Below are positions 17,585 through 26,179 of a stretch of DNA of 37,503 nt, in pieces (within the stretch, counting starts at the first letter, position 1; each line of letters begins with the position of its first letter). Position numbers and translations under genes: made by a program. The stretch lies in the IMG/VR virus record IMGVR_UViG_3300012667_000202, positions 1 to 37,503 of that record, one strand, 5' to 3'. The stretch comes from a virus. Taxonomy: Duplodnaviria > Caudoviricetes. A model generated the notes under the pieces. It ran no database searches, was not told where the DNA came from, and worked only from the letters and a program-made list of their open reading frames with translations.

Positions 17585-19300
17585 TTAAGATAACCAGTTA
17601 CCAATTGCTGTTGATAATCCTTGTTGTGCTGCAGTAACAAGAGGATTTACAGCAGTGTTCAATGCTTGTCCTTGTCCGTAGATACCAGCTAACTGACCTG
17701 TCAAACCAGTCTGTAGAGCAGATTGACTACCCAATAAACCTAACTGACCAGCTTTAGCACCTGCTGCAGAAGAAAGCTGACCTAAATTAGCAGCAAGTGT
17801 TAATGGTTGTTGTGCATAGCCTTCTAATGTATTAGCAGCACCAAATAAACCAGTACCAGTAGCAATCTGTTGATTCAACAAGTTCTGAGCATATGTCGGT
17901 GCATTAGCAGCTAATTGTGCATTCTGCTGTGCTAATGAGTTATAGTAAGCAGCCATCTCAGGATTCGTAGCCATTAAGCCTTGTGCGTTAGGAGCGTATC
18001 CTGCCATTGTACCACCAGTAGCTAAACCAGTTGTACCTCTTTGGAATTGTCTATTACGCAATTGAGCTAACTGTTGCTCACGACCTGGAGCTAACAAACC
18101 TTGTTGCTGTGCAATATATTGTTGCTGAATTGCTTGTGTATCTGCTGTTGTTGGCAATGCTGCAGCACCTAGACCAAACAATCTTTCTCTTTGAGCAGCT
18201 AACTCAGGAGAAGCTGTGTATGCAGCAGAAGTCAAACGACCTGTTGCTGGGTCTACTTGGAACTGAGATTGTCCAAAGGCAGTAGTAACTCCGACAGGAG
18301 TAAATGAAGCTTGTTGCTGTGCTTGTCTAACAGAGGCTTGTTGTGCTGCAACATTCTGTGCATAAGCATCTTGTAGCTTACCAATTTGTTGAGCAGACAA
18401 AGCATAGTTAACACCAGCACCTAGTAAACCGCCAGCAGTTCCCATAGGACCTTGAGTACCTGGTCTTACACCACCAGCACCAGCACCTCCACCAACACCT
18501 AACAATGATTTAACAGCAGCAGTTCCAAACTGTTTTAACAAACTTGTTAATGTACTGTTGTCGATACCAGCAGAAGCAGCAGCACCTGTTAAATCAGCAC
18601 CGTAGTCCTGTGTTAATATCTCAGTGATGTCTCCAGGCATTCCTGTCGTGGCAATGCTTCCAATATTGGCAGCAGCATACTGGTCAACACCATAGTTTTG
18701 CTGCATCAATTGAGAAATAGTGTCAGCATCATAGCCCATTTGTGCTAAATCAAATGCATCTTGTTCTATAAAACTTGAAAGCGTATCATCCATACCTGTA
18801 GTTCCTATTGTGGGAGTTGTTGTTCCACTTAATAAATTACTTCCTGCATCAACGACAGCACCAACACCTTGGTTGATGGCAGAGTTAATACCGCCTGTTA
18901 ATAATCCTGTTCCAATATCACCGCCTGAAACTGCAGCACCTGTGCCACCTGCAGCAGCTCCGCCAGCAATCGCACCTGCGACATCAGAGCCTGTAGCCCC
19001 TGCTACCTCGCCACCAACAGCACCGCCTACTTGCCCTGCGACATACGAAGTACCTGCCGATAATGCAGCATCTTCTAAACTACCGCCTTGGGCTACTGTA
19101 GCTCCTGCATTGATAGCTGGTACTAAATAAGCATTGCCTGTAGAGATTGCTGCTACAGTAGCTGCAGTCTTTATAGGGTCATCAAGTGCTGGCTGAATAA
19201 CAGCATCATCAATGAATGAGCCAGCATCTGATACTATCTCAACCGTGTCGTCAACAGCGTCATCAACGAGTTCTACTACTGAACTGACTGCACCGCCCAT
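17585..19300 (-). CDS. Internal virion/DNA ejection (pilot-like) protein
   Basis: 571 aa; Gly/Ala-rich membrane-interacting segments and Gln-rich helices. Confidence 0.6.
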   Translation of the reverse strand: MGGAVSSVVELVDDAVDDTVEIVSDAGSFIDDAVIQPALDDPIKTAATVAAISTGNAYLVPAINAGATVAQGGSLEDAALSAGTSYVAGQVGGAVGGEVAGATGSDVAGAIAGGAAAGGTGAAVSGGDIGTGLLTGGINSAINQGVGAVVDAGSNLLSGTTTPTIGTTGMDDTLSSFIEQDAFDLAQMGYDADTISQLMQQNYGVDQYAAANIGSIATTGMPGDITEILTQDYGADLTGAAASAGIDNSTLTSLLKQFGTAAVKSLLGVGGGAGAGGVRPGTQGPMGTAGGLLGAGVNYALSAQQIGKLQDAYAQNVAAQQASVRQAQQQASFTPVGVTTAFGQSQFQVDPATGRLTSAAYTASPELAAQRERLFGLGAAALPTTADTQAIQQQYIAQQQGLLAPGREQQLAQLRNRQFQRGTTGLATGGTMAGYAPNAQGLMATNPEMAAYYNSLAQQNAQLAANAPTYAQNLLNQQIATGTGLFGAANTLEGYAQQPLTLAANLGQLSSAAGAKAGQLGLLGSQSALQTGLTGQLAGIYGQGQALNTAVNPLVTAAQQGLSTAIGNWLS

Positions 19301-19701
19301 TATTTAATCTCCATTGACCATGTAAACATCTTACCGTTTTTATCTACTTCAACAGGAAGACGCATTCTTTGTAACATTGAAACTAATTTATAGTTATCTG
19401 TTTCGCCAACAAGTTTCTTAACACCAGCTTTTTTAACTGTGTCGATACCTACTTTAATTGCACCAGCAAGCATATTAGGACTATCTACTGTATACATATG
19501 TACTTCTAATGTGCCTGGTTCTTGACGGAGACCTACAAAAACTGTATTGTTATCACGAACAACAACAGCTTTATTATCTTGAATAGCTTGTTTTAAGCCC
19601 ATCAAGAATCTTCTTTCTTCTTTAGTAAAGCCTCCACGCTCTAAATCCTTACGGATAATGTCGCTGGAACTCATTTCTTTGTCAACGATTTGAGCAGCCA
19701 T
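19300..19701 (-). CDS. Hypothetical protein, possible GNAT-fold (T7 gp13-like position)
   Basis: LEVHMYT motif, alpha/beta pattern, synteny. Confidence 0.5.
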   Translation of the reverse strand: MAAQIVDKEMSSSDIIRKDLERGGFTKEERRFLMGLKQAIQDNKAVVVRDNNTVFVGLRQEPGTLEVHMYTVDSPNMLAGAIKVGIDTVKKAGVKKLVGETDNYKLVSMLQRMRLPVEVDKNGKMFTWSMEIK

Positions 19702-19970
19702 TAGAATGTTCCACCATCAACTGAAGCAGCTTCTAAAGCACCTGTCACTGTCAAAGTACCAGCTACTGTTGCGTTAGCAGTTACTGCCAATGTAGGAAGA
19801 GTTACAGTGCCTGTGAATGTAGGACTAGCTGTATCTGACTTACTATTAACAGCTACTTGAATAGCTGCAAATTCTGTATTGATTTCTGTACCACGAACAA
19901 TCTTAGCTGGGTTTCCTGAACCAAGCGAATCCTTCGCAGCGAAGTCCGTTGCTTTTGTGTAGTTACTCAT
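19701..19970 (-). CDS. Small tail protein/fibre adaptor
   Basis: MSNYTKATDFAAKD..., SPTFTGT, C-terminal DGGTF. Confidence 0.7.
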   Translation of the reverse strand: MSNYTKATDFAAKDSLGSGNPAKIVRGTEINTEFAAIQVAVNSKSDTASPTFTGTVTLPTLAVTANATVAGTLTVTGALEAASVDGGTF

Positions 19971-21562
19971 ATTGTCTTACCTCCTTTGACGAAGACATCT
20001 ATCTTCTGGATAGAGACTGCGTTATTATCAATGTCTGTTTCAAAACCAAGTTGTAATACTTTACCTGTGCCGCCAGCGTTTAAGTTAAGACTAAAAATAA
20101 TGATACCGCCAGCGTAACTATCAGTACCGTATTCACCGATACCGTACTCAGCAATCTCTGTAGGGTCAACAACAATCGTTGCTGATTGATATGCTCTCTT
20201 AAAGTCAAAGTCCCACTTCATCGTGATGTCTTGGTTCTGAGCACCAACTACTAACATCTGTACTTTCTTAAGAATCTTTGATACAGTCGGTTGTTGGAAG
20301 TCAAAATAGCTTGAGTAGTACACCATACGATAAGAAGCTTCATTATCTGCATAGCCTTCATGCAAACCAATATAACCTGCTTGTCCCATCAAGAACTCTC
20401 TGTCAGATGTTGTGCAGAAAGCTGTAGGTTTGATAGTGTCCCAAGTTGTGGTTCTTGCTGAACCGTCCTGTAGGAATGTCCTTGTGTCAAACACATAAGC
20501 CACATCCTGTGCAGGGAAAGACAACACATAGAAAGCATCATTAGATGAATAACCTGACTTGATGTCTTTCATTGTTGCTAAACCTAGTGTGTGTAACAAG
20601 TCATCACGAACATTCTTAGACATATCACGCATAGGCATAGACTTCTCTTGGATTGTTCTAGCAAAGCTTCTTACACCAGAGTTAGACAAGAAAATATAAT
20701 CAGTTCCTGTGGCTTGTACAGAGTCTCTAGCAGCACAGCCAATACCGTTAACAACATCACCTAAAGACATAGAAGCTGGGTCTTGTGCATTGCTGTAAAC
20801 AACAACATGACGCTCACAGAATATAATCAAGAAACCGTTATGAGCTGCTAAAGCTACGATAGGGTCGCCATCACCAACTACTTCAGCAATATCCAATGAA
20901 CCTGAAGTACCTGTTTGAAAGTTCAAAGGGTCTAACAAGTCACTAAAGTATACTGTTTGTCTATCGTTAGCAATGTCAGCCAACCAAACACGACCATACG
21001 CTGATAATGCACAGTTCGGTTTAAATGTAGCTGTTGTATGTGCTACAGGCACAGTCGGTAGTGTTGCTAAGTCGCCTAAGCGTCTAAATACATAAGCACT
21101 GGTTACTGAAGAATAAGACAAAATCAATGCTTCTTGTGCTTCTTGTACTATCACTGCTCTTGCTCTAGAGTTAGTGTTGTCAGGAATAGAAGCTACTTGC
21201 CAGTTACTATCAGTAATAGTGTAAGTTAAGTTAGCTGTATCGCCAGTGTTTCGCACAGATTTAACCGCCAATGCAGTGCCTGTAGACAAGAACAACTTAT
21301 TGTTACCTGCTGCAAACAACTGATGAGAACCATTAGGAGACAATACTTCAGCAATGGTCTTTACAGAAGCAGTGCTTAAATCAGAATTAGAAGGTAAGAA
21401 AGGTGTCCAGCCTTTACGAGCACCAATACGACCAAACTTATCAATCACACAGTTACTTGCTTCAATGGCAAAACCTGACTCTAGGGATGTCGGAGCATCC
21501 TGTAGGTTAAGACCAGCAAAACCTGGTGCTGATATAGAAGATGTAACGAGTTGTTTACTCAC
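19967..21562 (-). CDS. Tail tubular protein B/nozzle (P22 gp10, T7 gp12-like)
   Basis: 531 aa beta-rich; GRIGARKGW, VYFSDLL, GIGCAARDSV. Confidence 0.8.
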   Translation of the reverse strand: MSKQLVTSSISAPGFAGLNLQDAPTSLESGFAIEASNCVIDKFGRIGARKGWTPFLPSNSDLSTASVKTIAEVLSPNGSHQLFAAGNNKLFLSTGTALAVKSVRNTGDTANLTYTITDSNWQVASIPDNTNSRARAVIVQEAQEALILSYSSVTSAYVFRRLGDLATLPTVPVAHTTATFKPNCALSAYGRVWLADIANDRQTVYFSDLLDPLNFQTGTSGSLDIAEVVGDGDPIVALAAHNGFLIIFCERHVVVYSNAQDPASMSLGDVVNGIGCAARDSVQATGTDYIFLSNSGVRSFARTIQEKSMPMRDMSKNVRDDLLHTLGLATMKDIKSGYSSNDAFYVLSFPAQDVAYVFDTRTFLQDGSARTTTWDTIKPTAFCTTSDREFLMGQAGYIGLHEGYADNEASYRMVYYSSYFDFQQPTVSKILKKVQMLVVGAQNQDITMKWDFDFKRAYQSATIVVDPTEIAEYGIGEYGTDSYAGGIIIFSLNLNAGGTGKVLQLGFETDIDNNAVSIQKIDVFVKGGKTI

Positions 21563-22206
21563 ACGCTCACCCAGTTAGAGTCTTCAAGATAACGGTTAGA
21601 TTCAAGAGCAATGTAGTCAGACATCAAGTTCTTAGCTAAAGCATAAGCTTCGCTAGACTGTAAACCACCGTCTTCACCACGCTCAACAACAGCTCTTGCA
21701 AAAGCATTCAATGTAACGACATCACCTGGAACTTTAATCACATCAGCATCACTAACTAAAGGAGCTTGTGGGAGAATCAAGTTAAATCGTAAAGTGTAAG
21801 CAGAATTAGGAATTGGATAGATGTCTACCAATGTATCACCGTTACTGTCTACACCGTTAAAGTTGTAATACAAAGGAGCACCCTTTGCAGGGTCAGACAT
21901 GATAAACTGTGTGTTCATCCATGATGACGGTGCTAAGTGCATCGGTAAGTTAGAAGTGTCATTTAAGACATCTTGAACTCTAAAGCGTACACCAGAACCT
22001 TGTAATACATAGCTAAACACATCTGCTGTAGTTACAGCTGTTAAAGTATCTGACAATGAATTCCAACCGTAGGCAGCTTCTACTGATGACTTAGCATCAT
22101 TTACAAGCTCACCAATCATTTTAGAATAAGCATTCTCATTAACCGTAGAAACTTCTGTCTCTCGGAGTCTACGAAGAACACTGTTAACCATTTGTAAATA
22201 TGTCAT
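21559..22206 (-). CDS. Tail tubular protein A/adaptor (T7 gp11-like)
   Basis: MTYLQMVNSVLRRLRE, VNDAK..VE....W, YPIP. Confidence 0.8.
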   Translation of the reverse strand: MTYLQMVNSVLRRLRETEVSTVNENAYSKMIGELVNDAKSSVEAAYGWNSLSDTLTAVTTADVFSYVLQGSGVRFRVQDVLNDTSNLPMHLAPSSWMNTQFIMSDPAKGAPLYYNFNGVDSNGDTLVDIYPIPNSAYTLRFNLILPQAPLVSDADVIKVPGDVVTLNAFARAVVERGEDGGLQSSEAYALAKNLMSDYIALESNRYLEDSNWVSV

Positions 22207-22216
22207 ATATTTCCTT

Positions 22217-22245
22217 AGTCTAGCACACTTTTAGCGTTGTGTCAA
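22217..22245 (-). promoter_or_regulatory. sigma70 promoter with extended -10
   Basis: TTGACA-17-TAGACT preceded by TGc. Confidence 0.7.
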
Positions 22246-22258
22246 CACTTATTTTTAA

Positions 22259-22510
22259 TTAAGAACCACAATCCCACTTCTTTAGAGCCAGGGCTTTTCT
22301 TGTTGGTCTGCCCTTGTCATCTTTCATTGGTCCTTTGACACCTTCCATACGAGCACAGAAGGATTTACGACGAGCTGCTGCTTTAGGAGACTTTGCAGCC
22401 TCTTTAGCTGAGACAGGTGGTTTTAGGTTAGAACCAGTGGTCTTGTTGTAGTAATCACGACCCTTCTGGTTAAGACCACCTTTAGGGTTCTGAAACTCTT
22501 TCTTAGGCAT
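22259..22510 (-). CDS. Small basic protein (DUF6321-like)
   Basis: GGLNQKGR, NLKPPV, RRKSFCARM, ALKKWDC. Confidence 0.75.
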   Translation of the reverse strand: MPKKEFQNPKGGLNQKGRDYYNKTTGSNLKPPVSAKEAAKSPKAAARRKSFCARMEGVKGPMKDDKGRPTRKALALKKWDCGS

Positions 22511-22659
22511 TATTTCTTCTTCTTAGCTGTTTTAGCAGCATCTTTGAAGTCTTGAGCTGTGGGAGCTCCTTTAGAGCCTACTTTACGCATCTTCTCGCCT
22601 GAGCCAGCCTTGATACGAGCTTTCTTTGCTGCAATATTTGAATATAGTCCTGGCTTCAT
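22510..22659 (-). CDS. Small basic protein, 49 aa (MKPGLYSNIAAKKARIKAGSGEKMRK...)
   Basis: Read manually; TAATG-coupled on both sides. Confidence 0.8.
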   Translation of the reverse strand: MKPGLYSNIAAKKARIKAGSGEKMRKVGSKGAPTAQDFKDAAKTAKKKK

Positions 22660-22844
22660 TAGCGACCTCTGCCAGTCTTTTTCATCATTTTAGGCTTTGC
22701 CATACCAGCTTGTGACAAAGCAATCGCAACTGCCTGTTTCTGGTTCTTAACTACTGGACCACCTTTACCACTGTGTAATCCACCAGCTTTGTATTCTTTC
22801 ATTACTTTAGAAATCTTAGCTTCTGCTTTGGTCTTTTTCATCAT
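22659..22844 (-). CDS. Small basic protein (DUF6496-like)
   Basis: KVMKEYKAG.LHSG..GPVVK..KQAVAIALS. Confidence 0.75.
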   Translation of the reverse strand: MMKKTKAEAKISKVMKEYKAGGLHSGKGGPVVKNQKQAVAIALSQAGMAKPKMMKKTGRGR

Positions 22845-23191
22845 GAACCACCTTTTTGTTTAACATTGGTATATTCAAGTTCTATTGTTACAATACAAGA
22901 ACAAGTAGAACCTGCTTCTGATTGAATCCTGATTTCATCACCTTCTTCAAGCAATGTATAAGCACCACCATCAATCTTTAAGAAATTCTTAGCGGTTAAA
23001 GGATAGTCTTGAACAATAGCTATTTCTACATTGGCACTTTTATCGTACCACCAACAGCTGATGTTCTTAGCTGTGGAGGAGTTATTGATAGCATACAACA
23101 AGGTCCACTTACCTACATTCTGCTTAGGGATTGCGTACAGTGTTGTCTTTGTACCAGCAACGAGGTTAGCACCGACTGATATTGGTCTCAT
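22841..23191 (-). CDS. Virion-associated beta-sandwich hypothetical protein
   Basis: Real start likely MRPISVG (23191) by ATGA coupling; LLEEGDEIR motif. Confidence 0.7.
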   Translation of the reverse strand: MRPISVGANLVAGTKTTLYAIPKQNVGKWTLLYAINNSSTAKNISCWWYDKSANVEIAIVQDYPLTAKNFLKIDGGAYTLLEEGDEIRIQSEAGSTCSCIVTIELEYTNVKQKGGS

Positions 23192-23358
23192 ATTTTTAAG
23201 GCTATTCCTAGTAATACAACAATGATGAAGCCACAAGTACCCATTAATATCTGCTCTAAACGCTTTAGACGAGCATTAATAGATTCATACCGAATAGCAC
23301 AGACTTCTTCGTGAGTTAATAGTCTTGCTTCAGTGTGGCTTAATGTGGCTTCGCTCAT
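23188..23358 (-). CDS. Small coiled-coil + TM protein, 56 aa
   Basis: Read manually: MSEATLSHTEARLLTHEEVCAIRYESINARLKRLEQILMGTCGFIIVVLLGIALKI. Confidence 0.8.
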   Translation of the reverse strand: MSEATLSHTEARLLTHEEVCAIRYESINARLKRLEQILMGTCGFIIVVLLGIALKI

Positions 23359-23363
23359 GCTAC

Positions 23364-23588
23364 TTAGTCCTCTTTAGGTTCTTCTACAGGTTTTGCCAAT
23401 GATTCTTCTAGCATCTTAATGAACGCATCCTTACCAACTGATAGCTGGTCAAGATTGAACTGTGCTGAAGCAATCTTTCTGTCTAAATCAAAACAATGAT
23501 TCGTGAGCATCTGTTGCTCTGGAGTCATGTCCTCAAATTGATACTCTTTACCATTTACTGTAACTGGGGTCTTTTTATCTTTTCCCAT
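23364..23588 (-). CDS. Hypothetical protein (tail-associated)
   Basis: AAGGAG RBS; 74 aa coiled coil. Confidence 0.75.
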   Translation of the reverse strand: MGKDKKTPVTVNGKEYQFEDMTPEQQMLTNHCFDLDRKIASAQFNLDQLSVGKDAFIKMLEESLAKPVEEPKED

Positions 23589-23616
23589 TTTACTTCTCCT
23601 TACTAGTTAAAAAATC

Positions 23617-23964
23617 TTACTTAATTTGTATTGTATATCGCACTACAAAAGTTTTATTCTGATAATCAAATGAATAGCCTTTAGCATATACACCGACATA
23701 AGCACCTGCGACATCCGCTATAAAGTCTTTATAACTTGCTGTGTGTTTATGAGGATGCTGATAGTCATAGACTTCTTTAGCTAATCCTATTCCTACAGCA
23801 GTTAAGAAAGCCTTGTCAGCACTCATAACCTCAGATAAACCATACGACAATAATGCACTGCCTACAAAATGCTGTGCCTTATCTTTTCCGAACCAGCTAT
23901 CTTGTGCAATACAGATAGCAGGAATCAGTAAGATAAGGTATCTAATCACTTTACCAAGGTACAC
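23617..23964 (-). CDS. YfiM-like exported/membrane protein
   Basis: Signal peptide, D.WFGKDKAQHF, IGLAKEVYD, SYKDFIADVAG; true start may be GTG at 23949. Confidence 0.75.
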   Translation of the reverse strand: MYLGKVIRYLILLIPAICIAQDSWFGKDKAQHFVGSALLSYGLSEVMSADKAFLTAVGIGLAKEVYDYQHPHKHTASYKDFIADVAGAYVGVYAKGYSFDYQNKTFVVRYTIQIK

Positions 23965-24238
23965 CAGTCTCAGTCACAGGATTCTTCTGTGCTTCAATCT
24001 GTGCCAATACAGCAGCTTCAGTAGCTTCTTTATCTACTGATTCCCATACCCAAGCCAATACAGCTTCTTCGGTTAGGCTGTCATAGGCTACTGATAGTTC
24101 ACCATCAAAGCCACAAGAAGCGTATACAGAGGCTGAATAGTCACCATCTGTAGCTGTGCATTGCCAATGAGCAGTAGTGACAAAGCCATCTGCTGCGTTT
24201 CTATCTAATTGAGATACTGTCCATGTATATGTTGTCAT
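23951..24238 (-). CDS. Tail fibre-associated/assembly protein
   Basis: Y..LTEE.VL.WV...G.PW pattern; AAGGAG RBS; directly after the fibre gene. Confidence 0.7.
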   Translation of the reverse strand: MTTYTWTVSQLDRNAADGFVTTAHWQCTATDGDYSASVYASCGFDGELSVAYDSLTEEAVLAWVWESVDKEATEAAVLAQIEAQKNPVTETGVPW

Positions 24239-24248
24239 TTATTACTCC

Positions 24249-26177
24249 TTATTTAGATTCTAATGCAGTTACTTTTGCTTCTAGTGTTTCAATGCGTTCC
24301 ATTGCTTCTTGAAGTGCTTTTGCTGCTTTCATTAACAATACAGAAGTCTTAACTCCTTTTGTTATTTCTCCTGTATCTTTATCTTTGCAGTTATCAATTA
24401 AAGCTGGTGAAGTTTGCTCTAATTCTTGAGCTACAACACCCAACAAATATGGTGCACTAGGATTTGCTGCCACATCATCAATTAAACGATATTTACGGAA
24501 GCGAACTGCTTTAATGTCATTCCATTGAGAGCCAGCATCAACAATATCTTGCTTAATCTTTTGGTCTGAAATTGTATTGTAAGTGCCAGTTCTATTAGAA
24601 ACAGTACCATTTGAATAAATATACAATTTTGCATTTGTTGAATCTACGCACAACATAAAATAATTAGTTGTGTTATTTGGTGTGGCAGCTGTCCAATTTA
24701 TATATGCACCATAAGGACCAGCAGTTGTATTTTCTAATTTAAGAGTATCTGAACCAGTAGTGCCTTGACTAATTACTGCCTTTGCACCAGCACTAGTAGT
24801 CCCCACCAACAAGTTACCAGAACTATCTATTCTCATGCGTTCTGTGCCATTGGTTTGGAAGTAAACTGGGAAGTTACCTTCTGAGCCTAAATAAGCAAGC
24901 TCTCCAGCAGTTCCAAACATCCCCATAGTAAATCTAGATGCACCTGTTGAGTTTCCAAGCGAAATTCTTGAAGCAAGAGCTGATGTTGAAATGTCTGAAG
25001 TTACAAAAATATTTGATGCTGAACCTGATGTTCTGACATCAAGTCTAGCTTGTGGACTTGTAGTACCCACACCCAAATTACCACTAGCATCTAGTGTCAT
25101 TGCCTGTGTAAAGGTAATAGCGTTTCCTGCTGTGCCTGATGGTGCATTGAACCAGCGATGTTGTCCACCAGCCTGTTCGTATTTTGAAGCGTTATAAGTT
25201 ACTCGGTATATGTCGTTTGTGCCATTGTTGTAATAGTTTAAGCCAACACCAGCAACTGTATTATCGCTTTTTCCATAAAAACTACTATTAATAATTTGAG
25301 CTGCTGTGTAGCCACTCCAAGCACTAGGAGTAACTCCAAGACCTAGGTTGCCTGATGCGTTTATTAAAACTCTAGTATCTCCAGCAGTTCCAAGACCCAT
25401 AACATCAGTACTATGGTTGTATTGTATATAACCTCTAAATGCCTCATTGCCTGTTGTTCCATCTGCAAAGAACAAATTTCCTGCGTTAGATGCTCCACTT
25501 GCTATTGTTATGCCACTACTTCCACTTCCAAAAACAACTAGATTATTAGCACTATAACTAGCAGGACTACTAGTACCAATACCTACATTACCAGCACTAG
25601 TGATACGCATACGCTCAACAGAACTGGTGGTGTTAGTTCCGCTTCGGTTTGCATTACCAAAAATTAACGAACCATCATCAGATTGAAGATATTGGAATGG
25701 TCTAGAACTATCTGCAACAGCTAAATCTTCTAAATCAAGCCTTCCGCTTGTTGTTCCTGCTATGCGAGGAGCTATACCAGAAGCATCATAGCTTACATGA
25801 AGTGCTGATACTGGACTAGCAGTACCTACACCAACTCTATTATTAGTAGCATCAATAACTAAAGTATTGCTATCAAAGTTTAATCCGTTTGGAATACTTA
25901 CAGCACTACTATTGATTGTTAAAGCATCTCCACTAGCATCGCCTAGTGTTGCACCGCCATTGGCTGCGAATGTGCCAGCCACTGTTGTGTTGCCAGTAAA
26001 TGTACCAGTAGTGCCTGATACAGGTGCTCCTGCACCGATAATCTGTACAGGTGTTGATGAAGCGTCACCAACCCAGACTTTCTTGTCAGTGATGTTAACA
26101 GCTGTTTCACCCTGTACCAAAGTACTTGGTGCTGCAGTTGTTGTTACACTGTTCTTTAGTTTAATAGTTGTTGCCAT
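24249..26177 (-). CDS. Tail fibre with C-terminal intramolecular chaperone (Peptidase S74)
   Basis: N-terminal IKLKNS...P..L.QGE.AVN..D; repeated ERMRI.S.GNVGIGT; SDQKIKQDI, GVVAQEL, terminal coiled coil. Confidence 0.9.
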   Translation of the reverse strand: MATTIKLKNSVTTTAAPSTLVQGETAVNITDKKVWVGDASSTPVQIIGAGAPVSGTTGTFTGNTTVAGTFAANGGATLGDASGDALTINSSAVSIPNGLNFDSNTLVIDATNNRVGVGTASPVSALHVSYDASGIAPRIAGTTSGRLDLEDLAVADSSRPFQYLQSDDGSLIFGNANRSGTNTTSSVERMRITSAGNVGIGTSSPASYSANNLVVFGSGSSGITIASGASNAGNLFFADGTTGNEAFRGYIQYNHSTDVMGLGTAGDTRVLINASGNLGLGVTPSAWSGYTAAQIINSSFYGKSDNTVAGVGLNYYNNGTNDIYRVTYNASKYEQAGGQHRWFNAPSGTAGNAITFTQAMTLDASGNLGVGTTSPQARLDVRTSGSASNIFVTSDISTSALASRISLGNSTGASRFTMGMFGTAGELAYLGSEGNFPVYFQTNGTERMRIDSSGNLLVGTTSAGAKAVISQGTTGSDTLKLENTTAGPYGAYINWTAATPNNTTNYFMLCVDSTNAKLYIYSNGTVSNRTGTYNTISDQKIKQDIVDAGSQWNDIKAVRFRKYRLIDDVAANPSAPYLLGVVAQELEQTSPALIDNCKDKDTGEITKGVKTSVLLMKAAKALQEAMERIETLEAKVTALESK

Positions 26178-26179
26178 AA

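Noticed and set aside
24249-26177. Diversity-generating retroelement target
   Set aside because: No reverse transcriptase and no template/variable repeat pair seen
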